Shown here piece after piece: positions 12,311 to 25,105 of a stretch of 64,000 nucleotides of DNA. Position 1 is the stretch's first letter; every line of letters begins with the position of its first letter. Below the pieces are notes generated by a model that saw only the letters and a program-made list of their open reading frames with translations, ran no database searches and was not told the origin of the DNA. The position numbers were made by a program, and so were the translations under genes. The DNA is from Mobula hypostoma (lineage: Eukaryota): NCBI RefSeq assembly GCF_963921235.1, contig NC_086097.1, forward strand, positions 240,314,001 through 240,378,000. The letters are read 5' to 3'.

Positions 12311-13043
12311 CTCTATGTACAAAGTGCTAAAACTAGTTAACTTGTAAGTAAAGCTGAGATAAACCTAATATAAAAATTTCAGCGCAATATATATTTCCTT
12401 GTGACTGTCTGTGCCATGATTATTTGAGACGATCTTAAGAAAAGGTGAAATTAAATGAATGCTCCATTACCACCAGGGACCAAGTAAAGATTCCAAGTAA
12501 GTATAGCCAGGACACTGCATCAGGTGCTTCCCATCTCCTTGACCAGAAGTAAACTGAATCATTTTCAAATTCAAAGTTGACTCAGCTGAGGTCTTTAAGA
12601 TTGCTGTGCCGGAACAGAATTCTAAATGCCTTTGCAACCTTTAAAACAAAATCTATCTTTGAGTTCTTCAGACTTCAGATATCACATCATGGTGTGAATA
12701 CAGGTCAATTTAATTGTTTTTAAAGGAAAGGAAACCAGTATATCTTAGTGACATTTTCTGACTTCTAAAGCATCTGGTAATGAATATCTGAGCAAAAGAT
12801 TGACTGTGTTCGGACTTTACTCCTTGGGATTCAGAGGAGATTTGATCAAAGTATAGAATATTATAAAGGGTATAGATAGAGTAAATGCAAGGAGGCCTTT
12901 TCTACTGAAGTTGTGTGAGACTACAATTAGAGGCGATGGGTTAAGGGTGAATGGTGAAAAGTTTAAGGGGAAACTTCTTCACTCAGAGGGTTGTGAAAGA
13001 ATGGAATGAGCTGCCAGCAGAAGTAGTGCATGTGAGCTCGATT

Positions 13044-13540
13044 TAGTCATAGTCATAGTCAGACTTCATTGATCCTGAGGGAAACTGGTTTCCATTACAG
13101 TTGCACTATAAATAATTAAATAGTAATAAAACCATAAATAATTAAATAGTAATATGTAAATTATGCCAGGAAATAAGTCCAGGACCAGCCTATTGGCTCA
13201 GGGTGTCTGACCCTCCAAGGGAGGAGTTGTAAAGTTTGATGGCCACAGGCAGGAATGACTTCCTATGACGCTCTGTGTTGCATCTCGGAGGAATGAGCCT
13301 CTGGCTGAATGTACTCCTGTGCCCAACCAGTCCATTATGTAGTGGATGGGAGACATTGTCCAAGATGGCGTGCAACTTGGACAGCATCCTCTTTTCAGAC
13401 ACCACTGTCAGAGAGTCCAGTTCCATCCCCACAACATTGCTAGCCTTACGAACAAGTTTGTTGATTCTGTTGGTGTCTGCTACCCTCAGCCTGCTGCCCC
13501 AGCACACAACCCCAAACATGATCGCACTGGCCACCACAGA
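13044..13540 (-). mobile_element. Rex1 LINE 3' end inserted in a CR1 fragment (~12810-13700)
   Basis: ORF 13190-13546 VVASAIMFGVVCWGS..RINKLVRKA..HPLH..RCNTERHRKSFLPVAIKLYN; (gactat)n tail. Confidence 0.88.
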
Positions 13541-13867
13541 CTTCAAAGTTTAGGAGAAGTTTGGTTAGATACGTGGATGGTCGGTGTGTGGAGGGCTAAG
13601 GTACAGTTTTGCGTCAATGGGAGTAGACAGCTTAAATGGTTTGGCACGGACTAGATGGATGAAAGGACCTATTTCTGTGCTGTATTTTTCTACGACTCTA
13701 AATACTCTCTACAAGAACGTAGAACATAAAACAAAACAACACAGGAAGAGACCCTTTGACCCAGCATATCTGTACCAACCATGAGGTCAGTTTAAATGAA
13801 TCACTTCTGTCTGTGTGTGATCTCAATCCTCACTTGATGAAATTGAAAATCTTTTATTATCAGCCTG

Positions 13868-14190
13868 ATAGCATAACAGTTGGCGCAATTGCCCTACAGT
13901 GTCAGTCATCACTGATCGGGGTTCAACTCCAGCCACTGTCTGTAAGAGGTTTGTACGTTCTCTCAGTGATGCATGGGTTTCCTCCAGGTGCTCTGGTTTC
14001 CTCCCACATTCAGAGTTAATGTACAGGAGTTGTGGGTGTGCTATGTTGGTGCCAGAAAACAAGGCAACACTTGCAGGCTGCCCCCAGCACAATCCTCGGA
14101 TTGTGTTGGTCATTGAAACAATCTATGCGTTTCATCGTATGTTTCAATGTTTTGATGTATCTGTGACAAATGAAGCTAATCTCTATATCT
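13868..14190 (+). mobile_element. tRNA-derived V-SINE (HE1-like)
   Basis: B box ggttcaact then V-domain tgtaagaggtttgtacgttctc..gggtttcctccaggtgctctggtttcctcccaca. Confidence 0.75.
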
Positions 14191-14406
14191 CTCTTTATGG
14201 TCACATGTAGCTGGACATGCCCACTTCTCAGTGCTACCTTCAGGGAGGAGGTACAGGAGGTTGAAGTCACACACACAATGATTCAGGAACAGCTTCTTCC
14301 CCTCTGCCATCCGATTTCTAAATGGACATTGAACCCATGAACACTACCTCCCTACTTCTTTGTTTCTGTAGTTACACTACTTATTTAATTTAACTTTTTT
14401 AATATA

Positions 14407-14840
14407 TGAGGGATGATTGATAAGTTTGTGGCCTGAGGAAGAAGGAGTCAATTTTAGAAAACCCAGTACATTTATTTTTCAACATAGTCCCCTCCTACAT
14501 TTACACACTTAGTCCAGTGGTCATGGAGCATACAGATCTTGGACCTCCAGAGAGTGTCCACAGCAGGGGTGATTGATAAGATCATGGCCTAAGGTAGAAG
14601 GAGATGCATTATATGGCTCTCGTTACATGCACATGCAGTTCAACTGTTTGAATGATTATTGATTATGCAGAAAGTTTGAAGTTAATAACTCATCTCCTTC
14701 TACCTTAGGCCACAAACTTATCAATCACCCCGGATGAGTTATTAACTGACGAGTTATTAACTTCAAACTTTCTGCATAATCACTCAAAGAGTTGAACTGC
14801 ATGTGCATGTAACGAGAGCTGTATAACTCATCTCCTTCTA
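14407..14840. mobile_element. Mariner-derived MITE with nested inverted repeats
   Basis: TA then (c/t)gagggatgattgataagt mariner-type terminus; the same motif recurs at 14566 and inverted at ~14690-14731; ~90-bp inverted duplication 14600-14692/14750-14840. Confidence 0.7.
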
Positions 14841-15905
14841 CAGATTTTATTATTATGTATTGCAATGTACTGCTACCACAAAACAACAAATTTCACAACA
14901 TAATGCTGTGATATTAAACCTGATTCCAATACAGTAAAAAGCTTGTCTTGCATACTATTCAGACAGATCAAATCATTACACAGTGTAAAAGGTACAGAGG
15001 AAAATCGGTATCACAAACACAAGAAAGTCAGATGATGCTGGAAATCCAAAGCAACACAAATGCTGGACTGATAAAGGGTGTTAGCCGGAAATGTCAACTG
15101 TTTACTCTTTACTATAGATGCTGCTTGCCCTGCTGAGTTCCTCCAACATTTTATGTGCTGCAGAGGAAATGCAGTGCAGGTAAACAATAAAGTGAAAGAT
15201 CATAACAAGGTAGATTGTGAGGTCAAGAATCCATCTTGTTGTATTAGAGGCCCATTCGACCGTCTGATAACAGTGGGATAGAAGCTGTCCTTCAGGCTGG
15301 TGATATGTACTTTCAGACTTTTGTATCTTGGGAGAGGGGGAAAAGGAGAATGTCCGCGGTAGGTGGGGTCTTTGATCTACAGAGTCTGCAAGAATCATAG
15401 ACAGAGTCCATAGAGGGGTGGCCGATTTCTGTGATATTCTGAGTTGTGTCCCAATTCTCTGCTGTTTCTTGTAGTCACATGCAGAGTAGTTGCTCTACCA
15501 AGCCATTAAGTATCCAAATAGAATGCATTCGTTTGTGTGTCTTGGTTAATGTGTCTACCTAAATGGTTCTTAAATATGTTGCAACATCTGCTTCTACCAT
15601 CTCCCCCGGCAACGCATTCCAGGCACCCACAGTTCGCTGTGTAAAAGAACCTACCTCATAAATCCTCATTGCACCTTAAAAGGACAGGTGTCTAACTGAA
15701 AAGAATGATTTACAGTAGCTTAGCCTAAAACAATGCACCTGTCAAGATTCAAGATTCAATATCCCGTGTACATTGAAACACACAGTGAAATGCATCATTT
15801 GTGTAAACAACCAACACAGCTGGGGCAGCCCGTTGAAGCCTGTCCTTCTAGATTTGCCTCTCTCTGCATAGCGGCAGGAAATTTATTTATTTATTGTAAT
15901 ATATT

Positions 15906-16610
15906 GTTGGTCCAACCAAGCAGAGTTCGCTGCCAAGAAGGCCCACCAGCGCCTTTACTTCCTGAGAAAACTAAAGAAAAAACTAAAGAAAGAAATTTGG
16001 CCTGCCCCCTAAAACCCTCACTAATTTTTATAGATGCACCGTAGAAAGCATTCTTCTAGGGTGCATCACAACCTGGTATGGAAGTTGTCCTGTCCAAGAT
16101 CGAAAGAAGCTGCAGAAGATCGTGAACACGGCGCAGCACATCACACAAACCAATCTTCCATCCGTGGACTCACTTTACACCGCACGCTGTCGGAGCAGTG
16201 CTGCCAGGATAATCAAGGACACGACCCACCCAGCCAATACACTTTTCATCCCTCTTCCCTCTGGAAGAAGGCTCAGGAGCTTGAAGACTCGTACGGCCAG
16301 ATTTGGGAACAGCTTCTTTCCAACAGTGATAAGACTGCTGAACGGATCCTGACCCGGATCTGGGCCATACCCTCCAAATATCCGGACTTGCCTCTCGGTT
16401 TTTTTGCACTACCTTACTTCCCATTTTTCTATTTTCTATTTATGATTTATAATTTAAATTTTTAATATTTACTAATTTTAACTATTTTTAATATTTAATA
16501 TTTGTAATCCAGGGAGCGGGAAGCGCAGAATCAAATATCGCTGTGATGATTGTACATTCTAGTACCAATTGTTTGGAGACAATAAAGTATAAAGTATAAA
16601 TATAAAGTAT
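15906..16610 (+). mobile_element. Relatively young Rex1/Babar-type LINE 3' end
   Basis: NTAQHITQTNLPS..ARCRSSAARIIKDTTHPANTLF.PLPSGRRLRSLKTRTARFGNSFFPTVIRLLN; (aaagtat)n tail; CpGs retained. Confidence 0.85.
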
Positions 16611-16614
16611 ATGT

Positions 16615-16920
16615 CATGGAACAGGCTCTTCCAGCCCTTAGATCCATGTGGTTCAGCAACCCCCAATTTAACTCTAACCTAAACACAGGACAATTTATAA
16701 TGTCTAATTAATGCCCAATTTAACTCTAGCCTAATCACGGGACAATTTATAATGACCAAATAACCTACCACTGGTACAGTGTTGAACTATGGGAGGAAAC
16801 TGGAGTCCCCTAAGGAAACCCATGCTGTCACAGGGAGAACGAACAAACTCCTTACAGACAGCAGCAGAAATTGAACCTGGGTCGTTGGTACGTTGGAGTG
16901 TTACGCTAAGCACTACGCAA
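16615..16920 (-). mobile_element. V-SINE (HE1-like) with internal ~50-bp tandem duplication
   Basis: Reverse-complement V-domain gggaggaaactggag..aggaaaccca..gggagaacgaacaaactccttacagaca. Confidence 0.75.
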
Positions 16921-17914
16921 CTGTGCAGCCTCTTTCCTTCACAGAGCTGGTTTGGAATCTGTCGAGACTTTTATTTTATTCAAGAGGTCAATTACATTGT
17001 AAAGATCTAATGAGAAATTAGGATATTACATTTTGGGTTTGTATTTAGGGATGGTCATAAATTTAAAACTGCTTTACAGGCCATTTGTACAGATCAATTG
17101 GAATCATACATAAAGACATAAATAAACTGTGGATAGCCATAAAAATTATATCTGTTGTCAGATTCAAGTGGTTTCTGCAGGTTCAGCAGTAAAAATAAGA
17201 CCATAAACTTTGGAAGACTAATTTGTCCTGTGGGATCAGTTAATCTACTGAAGTTAATCTTCCTTACATGGATTCACCATATACATTCATGTATGTACAG
17301 TGGTGTCTTGATTAGCACTTAGAATGCATTCACAGGGATAGAAGTGTTAATGGAATCAACGCTAATAAAAGTGTCACCATAATATTATACATTTTTTTGT
17401 GGTTGTCCTTCGTGTCTGACAATGACAGGAAACCTGTGCAGTGGCAGTTCCATTCTCTTGACGCAAACTGGGGTCTTCCTTGGTTGCAATGGGTGACCAT
17501 AGTGGCTTCTGTGCCTTGTAATGCCCTTCGCTCTCCACGGAGAGTTACAGTACCACCTTCCTGGCCGTTGGATCTCACTGTAGATCTCATCCGGCCCGTC
17601 GGCCACAGCTGACTTTGCATTATGCAAAGTGGCGCATTACAGCCAACGCTGCTGTACAAGCAACCTGGCACCGGTCTGCGCTTTCCTCACCACGATGTGC
17701 GGCTGTGCCAGAAACTTGGCGCGAATCCACAGATGATTTTCCCACAGCTTGAAGAGGCTGCCTTTGAGGACTGCACACAGAGCGCTGGAGAAACTCTGCA
17801 GGTCAGTCATTGTGAACTTTGAATCCAGACAAAGGATCATTGTTTTTGGCTTGAAACATCCGCTGCCTATTTTTCTCAACAGTTGCTGCCGGACCAGTGG
17901 ACTTGTTCGAGCAC

Positions 17915-18610
17915 AAGAGCTTCTGCAAGTGCTGGAAATCCAGAGCAACACACATAATGTGGGAAGAACTCAACAGGTCATGCAGCATCTATGGAGGGAA
18001 ACAAACTGTCAATATTTCAGATAAAAATCTTTCATCAGGACTGGTAAGGAAGGGGAAAGAAGCTGGAATAAAAAAGCTGGGGGAGGGGAAGGAGTACTAT
18101 CTGGCAGGTGATTGGGGAACCCAGGTGACGGGGAAGAGGGATGGGTGGGGAGGGAAGAACAAAGTGAGAAGCTGGGCGGTGATAGGTGGAAAAGGTAACC
18201 GGCTGAAGAAGAAGGGATCCGATAGGAGAGGATAGTAGACTATGGAAGGGAGAGGGAGGTGATAGGCAGGTGAGGAGAAAGGAAGAGGTCAGAGGGCAGC
18301 AAGAATGGGAAATGGAAGATAGATAAGGGGAAGGGAGAGAGAAAATACTGACAATGAGAGAAATCGATGCTCATGCCATCAGGTTGAAGGCACCCAGATG
18401 CTATATGAGATGTTGCTCCTCCAACTTGAGAGTGGACTCATTACAGCTGCAGAGGGGGCCACAGACTGATATGTCAGAATGGGAATGGGAAATCGAATTG
18501 AAAAATGTTGTCACTGAGAAATCCTGCCTATGCTGGTAAACAGAGCGAAGTTGTTCGACAAGCTGTTTGTTTTTCAGCACCTGATTCCAGGGTCTGCTGT
18601 CTCTTGTGTT
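17915..18610 (-). mobile_element. Degraded Penelope-like 3' end
   Basis: Diverged match to 26575-27200 (atgccatcaggttg, tgttgctcctccaac, atgtcagaatgggaatggga). Confidence 0.75.
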
Positions 18611-18999
18611 TTGACCTATTGCTGTGTTTAAAAAGGTTCAAGGTAAATATATTTCAAAGTATATATATGCCACATATACAACCCTGAGATTTCCTTTCTT
18701 GTGGGCATTCACAATAAATGCAAGAAACACAATAGAGGTGTGGAAAGTAGCATGCAAAGCATTGCCGTGTGTCACCAGGGACATCTTGAGTGACTTTGCG
18801 TTAACTTTGTGGGTTTATTCTGGACGCCAGAACTGGAATTTCACAGAGGAACCTGTATTGCAATACACACAGTGTGCTGGAGGACCTCAGCAGGTCAGGC
18901 AGCGTCTATGGATGGGAATAAACAGTCAACGTTTCGGGCCAATACCCTTCATTTGCACACCCTGTATTGCCATTTTGAATTCTGTGCAATCTCTATAAC

Positions 19000-19245
19000 A
19001 CCATGAGATTGAGGAGCAGAATTAGGCCATTTGGCCCATCAGGTCTGCTCCGCCATCTCATCATGGCTGATCCAATTTTTCTCTCACCCCAATCTCCTGC
19101 CTCACCCCCCCACACACCTCTCCCCTGTATCCCTTTATGCCTTGACCAATCAGAAATCTATCAACCTCTGCCTTAAATATACATAAAGACAGCCTCCACA
19201 GCTGCCTGTGGCAAAGAATTCCACAGATTCAGCACCCTCTGCCCG
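19000..19245 (-). mobile_element. CR1 3' UTR fragment
   Basis: ggagcagaattaggccatttggcccatc..cctccacagctgcctgtggcaaagaattccacagattc. Confidence 0.8.
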
Positions 19246-19739
19246 AAGGGCACTTCCAATCACTTTCTCAGAAGTAATCCATAACTGAATTTCTATACCA
19301 TTACATTTTCAGGAAAGTTTGACTAGTTTTGGCATATTACCTTGCACTCGGCTAGCTTTGTTTTTTGCCACCTCTCACTAATTTGAAATGATGATTGACA
19401 GATTGATTTACACTCACTGCTCTCTGCAAAAATGCCTTAGCAAGTTCTGTCTCAAGCAAGCAACAGATTATATCTGATTTTTACTTCCAGATGCTAGATG
19501 ATATAGACATAATGTATTAATTTGTCTTTTACCATCCCAGTCATCCAGCATTTACGTGTAACTTAAGTGATATGACTATTAAAAATTCATCTGTTTAGCT
19601 TCAAGTGTTTCTTGCTTTTGGTCTATTAACTCTGAACTCCACCAGGAAATCATTGTGGAGAATATCATAATGGATAGCACAATCACTTTACAGGGACAGC
19701 AATTCACTGATCAGTGCTCAATTTTCGCCCAGTCAGTAA

Positions 19740-22700
19740 TAGTTCGTGAGTCAGTAGGGTTGGTCGGTACCATCTGAGGGGAATAATGCTCATAGTGATT
19801 TTTGGCAAGGCATTCATCCCTAGAGTTAGGAAATATGTGACAGCATTGCACCAGTGGTAGCTTTATGTGAGCTATCATGCATTTTATAACACTACCCTAA
19901 AATCAGCATTTCTGAAAACTGGCCAATATAAAGTACAACATATATATTCAACCTAGTGGTATTTTGTAATCAGTGATCCCTCAAAATTGAAATTTGTCAC
20001 AATGATAACTGAGTTCAAGCACTTTTCATCAAATGTTGTTATAATATTCTACATTGAAAACTATGTCATTGGTGGCACTCGCAGTACAGTGCCCAATTTC
20101 AGTAGAGTAAATCATTTCATTTTCAGAAAAATATTTGTCTGTTGTTTATTTTGGAAAAGTCAGTAAAAACCCTAGGACACATGTAATCACATGGATTTGT
20201 AGAGAATTTATTCAGGAATTCAAATAAGTAATCGCTTTTTGTATATATTCCATATTAACATCAGTACAGCAGAAAATGTTACCCCACCCCACCCCCAAAA
20301 GGTAAAGAGCCTCATTTGGAGAGATTTCTGGAGTTTTATCAATGTCATGATATTTTCCACCTTGTTGTATCAAATCAAAACAATCTTAAGCTTTTGTCAT
20401 AGCACACAGAATTACAGTACAATAATTCAAATGTGGGGTTCCATATGGCCATAACCTAGGCCTCATTTGGTTGTAAGATGAATATATATAATCAAAGACA
20501 GCTTTCCATACTTTGTTTTCCATACTTTCATAAACTATTAATAAACATAATAATTTTCCAAGTCTTCCACATCTTCATCTGAACTTTCCACACTCTCTGA
20601 GGTGGATGCCTGGTTCTCACAGTCTGCCAGTCTACACATGTCAGTACACCTGAGGCCATTTGCAACACACATACATCTTGGGAGTGAACATTTTTTTGGA
20701 CAGTTACAGGTCAGTAGATCCAGGACGGCATCGGGTGCTGGCTGGCCTTCCATCCAGTGCACCACCAACTGTTCAGTTTCCTCTTCTCTCTCCATCTTCC
20801 ACCCTCTGCCAACAGGGCTTGGCACTTGTGGGTCCTTCTCCAAACATCTTCTCCATATACCATCCTGGTAGTTGGCTCGCTGTGTATGTTTTGTTAAGCA
20901 GTCCTTGCATGGTGGGAGTTGATGACTTTCAATTTCACCTTTTTTGGCACAGAAGAGGTGATATCTGAGCTCATTGACCTTGGTGGTTGATGCTTTTGGG
21001 GCATACAGGAGACATGTAAATGCCTCTAGTTTGTCCATCAGTTCTGAGGAGAGGTCCCATTCCTGACCCAACTCTAAGAATGTGTCCTGAGTTTCCCTGT
21101 TGCTGGTCAGAAGTTTTAGGGCACTTGTCTTCTCTTTGCCTGCAAAAGCGCTTGCAGTGCCGCATCCTGTATATGTGTGCAACTCCATAAGAGCCCTACA
21201 GACCTCTGTGCCAACAGTGGCAGCAACCTTCCTGATGTCTACAAGCCTTGTACGGGTACTAGTGCCACACTTCTGGAACAATGGGGCCTCAATCTTGTCA
21301 CAAAATGCTAATAACTTGATAAGGACACCTGTGTCTTCTGAGCAGATCACTACAGATTGGTATCTCTCTTTTGTGGCATGGACAGCATGGAGAAGTAGGC
21401 AGCCATCTGCTTCTTCTTGTTGATACTGAAGAGCTGACACCTCACTGTCTTGAGATGTGATTCTGTAACATTTGTCATTCACAGTTGCATAGAGAATCTT
21501 CTCCTGTAGCTTTGCCCTGTACTCCGCCTTCCTCCATTCATGGACTATGAAGCTAATGGGACTATTTTGTTACTGACTTTGGTCAGGAAGCTCCTCCACT
21601 GCCTCACCATCTGTGTGCCTGTGATACCTTGCAACTCACGACCAGTCTCTTCACCCCATAAAGATCTTTCACTATTTTTGATAGAGTTCTCCTTGTATGT
21701 GTCGAACACAACATCTATTCTGCTACTCTGACTGCCTTCCCTCAGAGCCATACCAGAATTGTTGTGGCAACATCTCTGAAAATAACTTGATCACCTTTCA
21801 CCCTTTGGACCAAGTTCATTCCATCAACCACTGTAGCAGAGTTTCCTGGGAGTTGCTCTTCTACTGCTACATTCTTCTGAAAGGTTGTGGCTAAAGTAGC
21901 TTTATTTGTCTTTCTCAGCAATCCTTCTGGTGTGGACAGGGGCCCAGGCCAATGGTCCAAGGGGATGAGAAAGGCTATTCTCCATACGTAGACTGCGCCC
22001 TTGTGCCATCAATATGATGTGTCCAAACAAAGACCTGTCTGCTTTCAGGATGATCGCCCTCCCATTTGATTTCACTTCTCTCTTCTTACACATATCACTG
22101 AATGTTTTCAGCTTGTTGGTTTTCATTGGGTCATGGAATTTCTTTGCTGGTGGGTCTTCCTCTAGTCTCTCATACTTGAAGGTTGCATAGCATTGCTCAC
22201 CAATCTCTTATGCCTTCATCAGGTCGGAGGCAATGTCCTTGGGGGCCGCCTTTGCTGTAGAGAAGCTAGTGAGGTCCCGCTTCTCTGCAAATGGGTTGAC
22301 CCATTCATGTATGAGGCTACCCACTGCTGAAACTGCTTCCTCATCTTTCTGGATTCTTAGCCGCTGTGGCTCCGCATGACAAAGCTCTGATTTGTTGCCT
22401 TGCACCATCTCCCTTAACTGTCCCAGGAATGCACTGCGGTGCCCAGCTGTTATGTAGTAACACTTGATAGCTCCAGCATTCAGGCTGAACCGTGATGTGC
22501 CTCCAGGAGTCTGTGTGTCTTTGTTCACTGTGGCTTCAATAGCCTGGTCCACAGGGATCTGCCCAAAGGGGTTGTTACTTGACAGCTGCACTGAGAATTG
22601 GCCTGTCTTGAAGGCCTCATACACAGAAGGATTCTTCTCTGGGAGGTTCATCATCTGAGCAAAGTAAGGGGACATAATTCATCTTATCATAGGCAAAGCA

Positions 22701-22889
22701 CCATGGGATCATGGTTCTTATAGCATGGAGGTGCAACTCCCAGTCCCCCTCACAGAAAGCTACCACCACTGCAATGTTATCACATATTTTCTAGCGCTAG
22801 GGGTGTATACCTTGCCAAAAATCACTATAAGATTTATTCCCCCCAGATGGTACCGGTGGCCCAAATTTAGGGTCCTGGCTCACGGACTA
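19740..22889 (-). mobile_element. Academ (AcademX-type) DNA transposon, internally deleted
   Basis: Imperfect ~130-bp TIRs beginning TAG/ending CTA (tagttcgtgagtcag..ggtaccatctg..tagtgatttttggcaagg..gtggtagcttt vs reverse complement at 22750-22889); 3-bp TSD TAA (19737-19739, 22890-22892); flanks rejoin into a V-SINE; encodes XPG-like + Cys-rich domains. Confidence 0.85.
20538..22752 (-). pseudogene. Frameshifted C-terminal part of Academ protein: transposase tail, XPG/FEN1-like PIN+H3TH nuclease, Cys8/CXC domain
   Basis: EGDWELHLHAIRTMIPWCFAYDKMNY; VDQAIEATVNKDTQTPGG; VVDGMNLVQ; DVVFDTY; EEADGCLLLHA; SEDTGV; TGCGTASAFAGK; LPPC..HTQRANYQ; CNCPKKC..RCMC..NGLRCTDMC...CEN. Confidence 0.85.
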
Positions 22890-23125
22890 TAAGGAGTTTC
22901 TATGTTCTATCTGTGACCATGTGGGTTTCCTCCGAGTGCTCTGGTTCCCTTTCACTTTAGAAAGATATATAGATTAGAGTTAGTGAGTTGTGGGCATGGT
23001 ACATTGGCAAAGGAATCATAGTAACACTTGTGGACTGCCCTTAGCACATTGCAAATGATGCATTTCACTGTTTGCTTCAATGTTTCGCTGTACATGTACC
23101 AAATAAAGTGAATCTTTATCTTTAC
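22890..23125 (+). mobile_element. 3' part of V-SINE split by the Academ insertion (5' part ~19655-19739)
   Basis: taaggagtttctatgttct..gtgggtttcctccgagtgctctggtt continues ..gctcaattttcgcccagtcag. Confidence 0.75.
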
Positions 23126-23549
23126 CTTTATTCAGCCATCTGGCTGTGGAAGCACTATTTAATTGGATCTCTGATTAAGTTCTGAATACTTTAAATGACT
23201 CGGATGGATGTCGTCCACATTTTTGAGTATTTAGACTGGAGTTGCACTATTTATAAAAATAGCCTGAAGAAATGACTGGAGCTACAGGTGTCATATTCTG
23301 TGCTTTGTATTCATTGCTAATAGTTTTAAGAATGTCAGACTGGACTTTCTGTGGTTGACAGAAGATGAGGAGCAAAACTCCATCATGAAAGAGAGCACAG
23401 GACAATTAGCGTTTGTAGAAGAGAACAAGGGAAAGACAGGTACAGAATGTCAGAAAGTAGATGTACAACAGTACTGCATTGTGGCTTAATCTTGCCAAAG
23501 GGTCTGTGTGAGACCAAGCTATAGATCTGTATAGTTTCTATAGATGTGT

Positions 23550-23980
23550 AGTGGAGAATATATGGACTGGCTGCATCACAGCCTGATATGGAAACACCAA
23601 TGAACAGAAAATCCTACAAAAAAGTAGGATAAAGCTCTCCCAACCATTCAGCACATGTACAGTACATGAAATGCTGTCGCAAAAAAAAAGTAGCATCCAT
23701 CATCAAGGGTCTTCAACACCCAGGACATGCTCTCTTCTCGCTGCTGCCATCAGGAAGAAGGTACAGAAGCCTCAGGACCCACACCACCAGGTTCAGGAAC
23801 AGTTACGACTCCTCAGTTATCAGGCTCTTGAACAAAAGGGGAAGACTTCACTCAGCTTGCCCCAACACTGAAAAGTTCCCATAATATATAGACTTACTTT
23901 CAAGGACTCTTCACCTCATGTTTTCAATGTTTGTTGTTTATTTATTTATTATTATTATTTCTTCGTTTTGTATTTGCAGA
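23550..23980 (+). mobile_element. Degraded Rex1/Babar 3' end
   Basis: ASIIKGLQHPGHALFSLLPSGRRYRSLRTHTTRFRNSY..VIRLLN. Confidence 0.8.
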
Positions 23981-24834
23981 GTGGGGGAAGGGAGATCAAG
24001 TCAGAAACTGGGAGGTGATAGGTGGAAAATGTAAAGGGCTGTGGAAAAAGGACTCTCCTTCCCCACACCTGGCTTGCCCATATCCTCCCCAGCCTTCTTA
24101 TTCTGTTTTCTTCCCCCTTCCTTTCCAGTCCTGATGAAGGGTCTCTGCTCAAAATGTAGGCTCTTTATTCCTTTTCATAGATGCTGCCTGATCTGATGAG
24201 TTCCTCCAGCATTTTCGTGCATGTTACTGAAGATGTTTAGTGTCTTTGAAAGAAGATTAAATGCCAGGCCTTGAACAAATAAAACTGCCTACAAGAACCA
24301 CAAGAGACTCCAACAGTGATCTTCCAATTCCACTGGCAAGGGACACAATGCCAAAGCATAAGAATGCTGGTAATGTGGTACTGTCATTTTAAAAGGAAGA
24401 AATAAATAGACTGAGTAATTATAGTCTGATCAAGCTAACTTTGATCATAATTATTGGAAATAGTTCTGAGGGAGGGTAGCAATTATGATTCAGAGGCACA
24501 GACTAATCAAAGAATGCTGACATAGATTAAAAAGAGAAGGTTGTATTTAGCAAATGAGATTTTTTTATGGGAGCAATAAGTACGAATAAGATCTATGTTT
24601 GTCATAGTTAACATAGATTTTAACAAGAAATTTCACGATGTCTCCTGTGGGAAGACTGGTCAGGAATCCTCTGGAAAGTAGCACGTTTACCTGCTGGAAT
24701 TCTGAAGAGGGTCTCAGCCCGAAACGTCAACCCATTATTCCTCTCCATAGATGCTGCCTGACCTGCTGAGTTTCTGCAGGATATTGTGTGTGTTACTCAG
24801 TGATTTCCATCATCTGCCAAATCTCTTGTGTTTA

Positions 24835-25105
24835 TAGAGCCGTAGAAAAGTACAGCAGAACAACAGGCCGTTCGGCCCATCTGGTCCACACTGAAACCCT
24901 TTAAACTGCCTACACACATCTTTCTGCACCGGACCATATCCCTCCATACCCTTCCAATCCATGCAGCTACGGTATCTAAACCTCTTAAACATTGAAATCG
25001 AGCTCGCATCTACCACTTTTGCTGGCAGCTCATTCCAAGCTATCACAACCCTCTGAGTGAAGAAGTTTCCCCTCATGTTCCCCTTAAAGTTTTCACCTTT
25101 CACGT
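24835..25105 (-). mobile_element. CR1 3' end
   Basis: GENFKGNMRGNFFTQRVVIAWNELP. Confidence 0.8.

Noticed and set aside
20538..21482. 314-aa ORF as a host gene (tesmin/LIN54-like or XPG/FEN1 orthologue)
   Set aside because: Intronless, frameshifted upstream, inside TIRs with a TSD, and duplicated at 34.7-35.4 kb
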